Below, in pieces: positions 27,015 through 33,339 of a DNA stretch of 33,339 nt. Position 1 is the stretch's first letter. Each line of letters opens with the position of its first letter. Source of the stretch: Nitrospinaceae bacterium (GTDB lineage: Bacteria > Nitrospinota > Nitrospinia > Nitrospinales > VA-1); assembly GCA_046754465.1 (NCBI GenBank), contig JBHHVU010000034.1:1-33339 (forward strand), read 5' to 3'. The notes below the pieces were generated by a model. It was given only the letters and a program-made list of their open reading frames with translations, was not told the DNA's origin and searched no databases. A program made the position numbers and the translations under genes.

Positions 27015-28151
27015 TTACAGGAATTTCCCGGCAAGAGGATTGCCGGCGGAGTCGTAGTCCTTTTTCAAGTGCTGCCAGCTCAAATGGATGTCGCAGTTCT
27101 GGCATAAGGGGATGTCGAACCGCTTCCGGGCGATCATTTTTTTGCGGAGTTCCGTCAGGGCGGTTCCACGCCAAATATCGCGGATGCTGTCTTCCTGGAG
27201 GTTTCCAATGGTGCTGGCCGAGAACATGTCCGCGCAGCACAAGACCACGCTGCCGTCCCATTGAACGACCATCCATTTCCAGAGCTGAGTGCAGGGTGCT
27301 TTGCTGGTGAGGTTGAATCGCTTATGATTGTAAGACGAACCACCGTTCGCGGTGATCCGGTATTCCTTCAAAAACGATTCCTTGTCGAACCGGCCCGCCC
27401 AGTTGGAAAGGATGTTGCCGTCAAGCGGCGTCAGGGCGATCGTGCAATGATGACTGCGGATGATTCGGAAAAATTCGTGGCGGAGGGTTTCCTCCATCGT
27501 TTTCAGGGTTTTGATGCGGAAGTTCACGGGAACCGGATTTTCCAACCCGTCATTGGCTTCGAGGAAATCGATGATATTCTGGCGCACCACGCCGTAACTC
27601 ATTTTTTTGACGTGTTCGAAGGTGTCCGGGTCCAACTCGTCGAGGCTGATATCCACCGCCACCCCATGTTCCAGAAGAGTGGGGACGATCTTCCGGTCGA
27701 GGAAAAACGCGTTGGTCAATACCTGCACCTTGGTGATGGTGGGGTATCGGCTGAGATACTCGATTTTTTCCCCGAGGGTTTTATCCATCAACGGTTCGCC
27801 GAAAGTGCCGAAATGGACGGCGCCGCCGCGGACGGCGTAATCGCCGATGATTTTCCGGTACAGGTCCATTTTCATGGCGCCCAGATGGGTCAAGTCCGGG
27901 TTGGGACACCAAACGCATTTGGCGTTGCAGCGGTTGGTCACATCCAGGAGCAGGGCCGGGGGCCAGGCTTCGAGCGCGGCTGCGAGAGATTTCACCTTGA
28001 AATCGAACAGGGACGAATCATGGACTCGCCGGCGGAGATAATCCAGTTCCATGAAAAACGGCAGTTTTTTGATCCACCGCTTGATCCGGTCCGGAGTCCG
28101 GACCCTTTGACGGATGGCGGAGCCCCGCAGTTTTTTTTCGATGGTTTCCAT
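27015..28151 (-). CDS. Radical SAM protein with a C-terminal SPASM/Twitch domain
   Basis: CNAKCVWC (CxxxCxxC), FGEPL, LTNA; C-terminal CTQLW...WDGSVVLCC...GNL...CQNC. Confidence 0.9.
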   Translation of the reverse strand: METIEKKLRGSAIRQRVRTPDRIKRWIKKLPFFMELDYLRRRVHDSSLFDFKVKSLAAALEAWPPALLLDVTNRCNAKCVWCPNPDLTHLGAMKMDLYRKIIGDYAVRGGAVHFGTFGEPLMDKTLGEKIEYLSRYPTITKVQVLTNAFFLDRKIVPTLLEHGVAVDISLDELDPDTFEHVKKMSYGVVRQNIIDFLEANDGLENPVPVNFRIKTLKTMEETLRHEFFRIIRSHHCTIALTPLDGNILSNWAGRFDKESFLKEYRITANGGSSYNHKRFNLTSKAPCTQLWKWMVVQWDGSVVLCCADMFSASTIGNLQEDSIRDIWRGTALTELRKKMIARKRFDIPLCQNCDIHLSWQHLKKDYDSAGNPLAGKFL

Positions 28152-28242
28152 GAACTCGGTCCATGAGGTTAATGGATTACTTAACGGCCCTGGAGAGACA
28201 GTGGTTTAGCCCGATTGTGGGAGTTTTGCCCGGCCGCGTGCT

Positions 28243-29394
28243 TCAGGGAGTTTGGGACTGGGCGCGAAGATCTCCGTAAAGCCGGATGATTTTATCGGCG
28301 GCGGTGTCCCAGGAGAAATTTTCGCGGGCGGCTTGGCGTCCGCGTTCGGCCATTTCCCGAGCCGCGTCCGGGTGGTTCAGGGTGTGAAGGATTGCTCTGG
28401 CGAGTGCCTCGGCATCCCGGGGCGGCACCAGGGTGCCGGTCACGCCGTCCTCCACGATTTCCGGCAAGGCCCCTGCCCTCGCGGCGATGATGGGGAGTCC
28501 GGCGGCAAGGGCCTCGGCGGCGGCCATCCCAAAACTCTCCACCCGCGAGGGGAAAACCCCCACCCGGGCCCGCGCCGCCAGGCCGCGGATTTCCTCCGCC
28601 TCCAGCCAGCCGGTGAAGTTTACCAGGAGGGAGATGTCCAGGGAATGCGCCAATTCCCGGTATTCTTCGAGGCGGGTGCCCTCGCCCACCAGGGTGAGGT
28701 CCACTTGTGGCACCTGTTTGGCGACAATCTTCAAGGCGTGCAATAATTCGGGAATCCCCTTTTCCTCCTCCACGCGGCCCCAAAAGATCAGTCCCCGTCC
28801 GGGGTCCGGATTTCGCCGCAGTTCTCCCCAGGCGGGGTCGATTCCTGGGGGGATCGTCAAGACACGGTTTTCCGATTCCCGGCCCAACGCGTCCACCACG
28901 AGGGACCGGGAAAACCCGCTGAAGGCGATGATTCTGTTTGCCCGTCCGGCGGCCGCGCGCAGCAGGTAGGAATTGAGCCGTTTTAGGAAAAACAACGGCC
29001 GGCGCATCCCGCCTAAAACGCCGGTGGCCGGAATGTAGGGCGCGTGGTTGGTGAATACAAAATCCGCTCCAAATTTTTGGGCGATGCCGGGAGCGAAAAC
29101 GGATTCCTCCGCGTTGCCGTGGATGATATCGAACCGTTCCCTTTTCGTCAGGCGATGGAGGGTCCGGGCAAATGTAAAGATGTCCAGGTTGAGGGTGGGG
29201 AAAGGGTAATGGCGGGTCCAATGAATTTTGTAAGGCACGTCGGGCGCGAGGGATTCCCCGGGACTTTTGGAATAGATCACGTGGACGTCACAGCCTTTAG
29301 CCTGAAGAGCGCAGGCCAATTGGTGGACGGCGATTTGCCCGCCGCCTTTAAATTCCGACCAGGGAGAGGAAAATATAGTGAGACAAATTTTCAG
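28243..29394 (-). CDS. Glycosyltransferase family 4 (GT-B)
   Basis: KICLTIF, GGGQ, FWGRVEEEKG, PSRVESFGMAAAEALAAGLP, GALPEIV. Likely start is CTG 29394 behind GGAGG; the longer track ORF runs into the tRNA. Confidence 0.88.
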   Translation of the reverse strand: MKICLTIFSSPWSEFKGGGQIAVHQLACALQAKGCDVHVIYSKSPGESLAPDVPYKIHWTRHYPFPTLNLDIFTFARTLHRLTKRERFDIIHGNAEESVFAPGIAQKFGADFVFTNHAPYIPATGVLGGMRRPLFFLKRLNSYLLRAAAGRANRIIAFSGFSRSLVVDALGRESENRVLTIPPGIDPAWGELRRNPDPGRGLIFWGRVEEEKGIPELLHALKIVAKQVPQVDLTLVGEGTRLEEYRELAHSLDISLLVNFTGWLEAEEIRGLAARARVGVFPSRVESFGMAAAEALAAGLPIIAARAGALPEIVEDGVTGTLVPPRDAEALARAILHTLNHPDAAREMAERGRQAARENFSWDTAADKIIRLYGDLRAQSQTP

Positions 29395-29406
29395 TGGAGT
29401 GCCTCC

Positions 29407-29500
29407 GCGGCGAGCCGCCGCAAGTGATTTTGTCTTGCGTTTTATGGCATTGCAAGGCGGATTGGGGATGATGCTATGACTCTTCAACTTCGGGGGGTGG
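29407..29500 (+). repeat. Dispersed repeat element, degenerate copy H
   Basis: Hairpin GCGGCG-AGC-CGCCGC, then AA-GTGATTTTGTCTTGCGTTTTATGGC...GATTGGGGATGATGCTATGACTCTTCAACTTCGGGGGGTGG. Confidence 0.7.
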
Positions 29501-29529
29501 ATCGTTGGACCCCCGCTGGGATGGGCGAG

Positions 29530-29613
29530 TGCCGAAGAGAGGATTTGAACCTCCACGTTCTTTCGAACACATGATCCTGAATCATGCGCGTCTACCAATT
29601 CCGCCACTTCGGC
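29530..29613 (-). tRNA. tRNA-Leu(CAG)
   Basis: GCCGAAG acceptor stem; D-arm TGGCGGAATTGGTAGACGCG; anticodon arm CATGA-TTCAGGA-TCATG; long variable arm GTTC-GAAA-GAAC; T-arm GGAGG-TTCAAAT-CCTCT; discriminator A. CCA is not encoded. Confidence 0.96.
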
Positions 29614-29662
29614 ACGGTTTGGGGTCTTTTTTACAGCATTATGAATTTTCCCGCCGGAAATT

Positions 29663-30730
29663 TCAAGGCGTATTCATTTTTTCTTCCGATTCATGGAGCA
29701 GTTCTTCCTCCGTTTCCTCTACCTTCACAAGTTGCCGGACGGAGAGGTTATCGTGCAGGATAAAGTACAGTCCGGCGAGAAATATAAAGCCGAAATTGAC
29801 CACCCAGGCGACCATTCCAAAGCTGGCGGCTTTTATTTCCGATTCGTTCAAAATATCGTGCAGGGCGATCAATACCGCTGCGTTGAAGGATCCCAGGAAA
29901 GCCGGTGTCGGCAGGACGGTTATGAGAATGCAGATCATCACCGTGACCAGCAGGGCCGATTCCAGGGATTTGTTGTTCAAATCGTAAGCCCAGAAAAAAG
30001 GATAATAACTCAGGATAATTGTCGACCAGATCAGCACGGAATAGAGGGTGATTTTTATGAGTGCGGTGAAATCGCGGGTCACCTGAAAGCCGAGGCTGAA
30101 CTCCTCCAGAAGGAAAAGGACTTTATTGTTCCAGGCCTTGGGAAAAGGATTGAGGAGGCGCCGGACAAGGCGTATCAATCGGTCTTTATGCGCGACCATG
30201 AGATAAATGAAAGCGATCAGGAAAATCACTAATCCGGCGCTTACCTGGCCGAATTTCACCGCCAGGGTTTCCAGAGACACCCCGGAGATGGTGGCTCCCG
30301 AATTGAACATTTCGGCGCGAAAGGTGAAAAACCAGGTGAACAGAAGAAGAATGGAAACGATATCGAACAGGCGTTCGACCACGATGGAGGCGAAGGCGCC
30401 GGAGAAGGAAACGTTGTGTTTTTTGCCGAGGAGCCAGGCCCGAATCAATTCCCCCGCCCGCGCCGGCAAAATGTTTCCCAGGTACCCCACCATCAGGGGA
30501 GAGAGCAGGCTGGATGCCCCGACTTTTTTGATGGGAAGCATCAGGACCCGCCACCGGTAGGCGCGCATGATGTAGCTCAGCGCCACCAGCACCACGGCCG
30601 GCAGGACGTATACGTAATCCACCGATTTGAACGATTCCACGAGTTCCTTTTGAGAAACGTTGCGGAGGGTGTAGTAAAGCGCGCCGCCGGCGAGGGCCAA
30701 CCCAATGAACAGATGACTGATTTTCTTCAA
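29663..30730 (-). CDS. Lysylphosphatidylglycerol-synthase TM / UPF0104 flippase-like membrane protein
   Basis: RAYRWRVL, GNILPARAGELIR, SIVVERLFD and PTPAFLG motifs; about 8 TM helices; 4-nt overlap with the ribF stop. Confidence 0.85.
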   Translation of the reverse strand: MKKISHLFIGLALAGGALYYTLRNVSQKELVESFKSVDYVYVLPAVVLVALSYIMRAYRWRVLMLPIKKVGASSLLSPLMVGYLGNILPARAGELIRAWLLGKKHNVSFSGAFASIVVERLFDIVSILLLFTWFFTFRAEMFNSGATISGVSLETLAVKFGQVSAGLVIFLIAFIYLMVAHKDRLIRLVRRLLNPFPKAWNNKVLFLLEEFSLGFQVTRDFTALIKITLYSVLIWSTIILSYYPFFWAYDLNNKSLESALLVTVMICILITVLPTPAFLGSFNAAVLIALHDILNESEIKAASFGMVAWVVNFGFIFLAGLYFILHDNLSVRQLVKVEETEEELLHESEEKMNTP

Positions 30731-31656
30731 GTCTGATTACCCAGAATTTCTTTCGCGGTTTGGATATCTTTTTTAATTTGTTCGACCAGTTGACCGGCCG
30801 ATTGAAAGGTTTTTTCGCTGCGGATGCGGTCCACGAAGATCACCTCGATCTCCTGGCCGTAAATTTTGTCCTGGAAATCGAATATATGAACTTCAACGCT
30901 CAGCCGGTCGCGGTTGAAAGTAGGATTGAATCCGACGTTGACCACGCCCTGGTATTGTTTCTCCCGATGAAGAACCCGCGCCGCATAGACACCCGTTCCA
31001 GGAATTTGCCCCTTGGCGGTGTTAAGATTGGCCGTGGGAAACCCGATGGCCTTGCCGGTATGGTGACCGTGGACCACCAGACCGCGAATGGAATAACTCC
31101 TGCCGAGAAAACTGCCCGCGATTTTGACTTTTCCGTCCTCGATCAATTCGCGGACATAGGAGCTGCTCACCAGGTGTCCATTAAGCTTTATCGGATCGAC
31201 GACATGGATTTTAAAGCCGAATTCCTCGCCCATTTTTTTCAAGTAGGTAATGGTACCTTTCCGGCCGCGGCCGAAGGCGTAGTCGAATCCCACGACGATT
31301 TCCTTCACGCCAATACGGTCCACCAGAATGTTCCGGGCGAAATCCCTGGGATGCTGATCCGCGAACTGGCGGGTGAAGTCGGCGCAGATCACTTGATCGA
31401 TCCCGCATCCCTCGATCAGTTCCATTTTTTGGCGGAAGGTCGTTAACAGGGGGGGCATCTTGTCCGGAGCGATGATTTTCAGGGGATGCGGCTCGAAAGT
31501 GAAAACAATGGAGGTGCCGTGGTTCGCCCGGGCTTTTTCCGCTGTCTTACGGAAAATCATCTGGTGTCCCACATGAACTCCGTCGAAATTGCCGATGGCC
31601 ACCACGGGATAGGGAATGGGACCGACAATGTTTTTTGTTCCACGTACAATTTTCAT
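30727..31656 (-). CDS. ribF: Bifunctional riboflavin kinase / FAD synthetase
   Basis: IGNFDGVHVGHQ, TFEPHP, VSSSYVR, GFPTAN, GVYA, NVGFNPTF, VEVHIFDF. Start is ATG 31656 (MKIVRG). Confidence 0.97.
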   Translation of the reverse strand: MKIVRGTKNIVGPIPYPVVAIGNFDGVHVGHQMIFRKTAEKARANHGTSIVFTFEPHPLKIIAPDKMPPLLTTFRQKMELIEGCGIDQVICADFTRQFADQHPRDFARNILVDRIGVKEIVVGFDYAFGRGRKGTITYLKKMGEEFGFKIHVVDPIKLNGHLVSSSYVRELIEDGKVKIAGSFLGRSYSIRGLVVHGHHTGKAIGFPTANLNTAKGQIPGTGVYAARVLHREKQYQGVVNVGFNPTFNRDRLSVEVHIFDFQDKIYGQEIEVIFVDRIRSEKTFQSAGQLVEQIKKDIQTAKEILGNQT

Positions 31657-31658
31657 TT

Positions 31659-31740
31659 GGCAATTTGCCATGTATTATATGCCGGACCAAGATCGACGGC
31701 TAATTGGGATTCGCCCTATTCCCTCCCCCGTGGGGGGTGG
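31659..31740 (+). repeat. Dispersed repeat element, copy D
   Basis: GGCAATTTGCCATGTATTATATGCCGGACCAAGATCGACGGC...CCTATTCCCTCCCCCGTGGGGGGTGG; contains a minus-strand TATAAT at 31674-31679. Confidence 0.75.
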
Positions 31741-31839
31741 CCCGGCCCCCATGGGGGGGTTCCGGCTGGAAAACTGGTGAATAGTTTGATAGAATTCTAA
31801 TGGATCCAGAAATCACATTTAATCCCTTGGAGTGTTTCC

Positions 31840-32148
31840 ATGTTCGATATAGGTTTTTTCGAGTTGATGATCATCATGGCCATCGCGGTGGTGGTCATTG
31901 GTCCCCAGAACCTTCCCAAGCTCGCCAAGGCCATTGGTAAAGGATGGGGAGAATTCCAGAGCACCTTCAGCGGTCTCAAGCAGGAAGTCATGGATGAGGC
32001 CGAAAGTTTGAAACAGAACGTTAACATCGATGGATTGGAACAGGAGGTCGTCAGCGCCACCAAGGTCGATGTGGACGTGAATCTGGATATTTCGGATAAA
32101 GGCCTTGAAATCGCGAACGAGGTCAAGAATTCCTCTGACAAGTCCTGA
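31840..32148 (+). CDS. tatB: Twin-arginine translocase TatB/TatA-family subunit
   Basis: MFDIGFFELMIIMAIAVVVIGPQNLPKLAKAIG; Glu8 and G-P-x-x-L-P are TatB-type. Confidence 0.85.
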   Translation: MFDIGFFELMIIMAIAVVVIGPQNLPKLAKAIGKGWGEFQSTFSGLKQEVMDEAESLKQNVNIDGLEQEVVSATKVDVDVNLDISDKGLEIANEVKNSSDKS

Positions 32149-32406
32149 ATTCTCCTAACCCGTAATCTTCCAAAGAGGGCGGGGTTTCCTTCCAGGCGAA
32201 AAGGGGGTTCCATCGTTGGAAACTTTCTTAGCCGATTTTATCACGGCGTCCCCCGGCCTTCCAGCAGGATCTCCTCGGTTCGTCTTTTCAAAGGGGTCCC
32301 CTTATAGACGAATTCAGGGGGGGTGAGGGATCATCCCCGCGTGCATCCACTTCCGGCCGCTGAATGGCCGAAAACGGAAACCCTTCCGCCTTCATGATTC
32401 CCTTTT

Positions 32407-32787
32407 ATGATCAGTACCGTCTCATTTCATCCGTTCATTTCCCATTTTCCTGTGGCCCTGTTCGTGGCGGGAATATCGCTTCTGTACCTTTCCCGTAAAA
32501 AGGACCGTCCCTTTTACCGGGCCGCTGGCTCCTTCAATCTGAGCCTGGGCCTTCTGGCGGCGGTTCTGGCCGATTTTTCGGGGATGCTTTCCGCCGACCT
32601 GGCTTTGAGAACGACGGTGGAAGTGGAAGGGCATCAGGGGTATTCGTTTCTTTTTACCCTGCTATATGGCTTTTGTGCGGGCTATTCTTATACCAATGTG
32701 TTTAGCCGCACGGCGGCCGTTTTTTATGTGCTCACTTTCCTGGCCCTGGGCGCTTCCGCGTATTCCGGGTACCTTCTGGTTTTTTAA
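32407..32787 (+). CDS. DUF2231-like small membrane protein
   Basis: HPFISHFPVAL N-terminal motif; four TM helices; a third His (EGHQ); SAYSGYLLVF C-terminus. Confidence 0.75.
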   Translation: MISTVSFHPFISHFPVALFVAGISLLYLSRKKDRPFYRAAGSFNLSLGLLAAVLADFSGMLSADLALRTTVEVEGHQGYSFLFTLLYGFCAGYSYTNVFSRTAAVFYVLTFLALGASAYSGYLLVF

Positions 32788-33212
32788 GGCTGGGGATGGG
32801 GCGTGGAGACGCCAAACCGGTGTACCATTTCCCCTCCATAAAAACCCGCCGCAAGAATACTCAACAGTCCCAGGAACAGAAATAAATAATAGAACCCGGC
32901 CAGGAGTTTCCCGGCAAAGCGGGAAACCAGCAGCGCCAGGAAAAATGATCCCGCACCCGCTCCCGCGAACAGAATGTGATTGCTCAAGAAAGTTTTGAAT
33001 TTCTCCGTATCCTCCAGGCTTAACAACCCCAGGAGTCCCACCACCATCACCGGCAACGCGCACCAAAACCCCAACCGCACGTTGAACCGTCCCGCAGTGG
33101 CGGCCACCTCGTCGCGCGACAGTTTGCCGTAAAGCTCGAACAGGGATCCGCTCACCAGAAGCCCCACCGGGAAATGAACCAGCAACGGATGTAATTTAGC
33201 GAAAAAAGTCAC
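32784..33212 (-). CDS. DUF2231-like small membrane protein
   Basis: LHPLLVHFPVGL; a His in NHILF; AGFYGGEMVHRFGV; GTG start behind GGAGG. Confidence 0.82.
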   Translation of the reverse strand: MTFFAKLHPLLVHFPVGLLVSGSLFELYGKLSRDEVAATAGRFNVRLGFWCALPVMVVGLLGLLSLEDTEKFKTFLSNHILFAGAGAGSFFLALLVSRFAGKLLAGFYYLFLFLGLLSILAAGFYGGEMVHRFGVSTPHPQP

Positions 33213-33227
33213 CGGAGTGCCTCCGCG

Positions 33228-33308
33228 GGCAATTTGTCATACGTTTATGCCGGACCGGGCTCGATAGGCGATGATGCCATGACTTATCCCCCTCCCCGGG
33301 GGCCGGGG
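33228..33308 (+). repeat. Dispersed repeat element, copy C
   Basis: GGCAATTTGTCATACGTTTATGCCGGACCGGGCTCGATAGGCGATGATGCCATGACTTATCCCCCTCCCCGGGGG; another module may begin near the window end (GGCGAGGAT). Confidence 0.85.
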
Positions 33309-33339
33309 CGGCGATGCAGTTCGGCGAGGATCACGGCGG

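Noticed and set aside
29530..29560. Integrative element at the tRNA-Leu 3' end
   Set aside because: No integrase and no duplicated tRNA 3' end (att site) were seen in the window.
29395..29607. N-terminal extension of the GT4 ORF in the track
   Set aside because: It runs through tRNA-Leu and a repeat copy; it is not protein-like.
31657..31671. ribF start at ATG 31671
   Set aside because: That ATG lies inside repeat copy D only 2 nt from the -10-like box; MKIVRG at 31656 matches typical RibF starts.
114..33066. Numerous alternative-frame and antisense ORFs in the track (e.g. 7695-8657, 10680-11675, 12823-14010, 28292-29221)
   Set aside because: They are shadows of well-supported genes in GC-rich DNA, with no motifs and skewed Arg/Pro/Gly composition.

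Overview
A GC-rich bacterial chromosomal window made up mostly of housekeeping and envelope genes. These are a GH57 amylase, an MsbA-like ABC exporter, an orphan flaG with a perfect sigma-28 promoter, an NAD-epimerase plus a split ThDP decarboxylase (ComD/ComE-like), ppdK, glyQ and glyS, exeA/exeB-like genes, yacG, an FG-GAP lipoprotein, a LysM/M23 lipoprotein, apt, DUF4911, mnmG, a radical SAM/SPASM enzyme, a GT4 glycosyltransferase, tRNA-Leu(CAG), a UPF0104 flippase-like protein, ribF, tatB and two convergent DUF2231-like genes. The window opens inside the 3' end of a group IIC intron. The most striking unannotated signal is a roughly 90-110 bp dispersed element found at six loci, all in the same orientation. 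It has a 6-bp/3-nt hairpin whose pairing is kept by compensatory changes, a conserved core (GGCGATGATGCCATGACC), a minus-strand -10-like hexamer and a REP-like C/G tail. At four loci it sits directly upstream of a minus-strand gene, and at three of those it is followed by a GGAGG ribosome-binding site, which suggests a mobile promoter/leader cassette. Also notable are a membrane-anchored STAND NTPase-TPR gene that splits glyQS, and an ExeA ATPase fused to a J-domain-like module lacking HPD. All calls come from motif recognition by eye; no searches were run.
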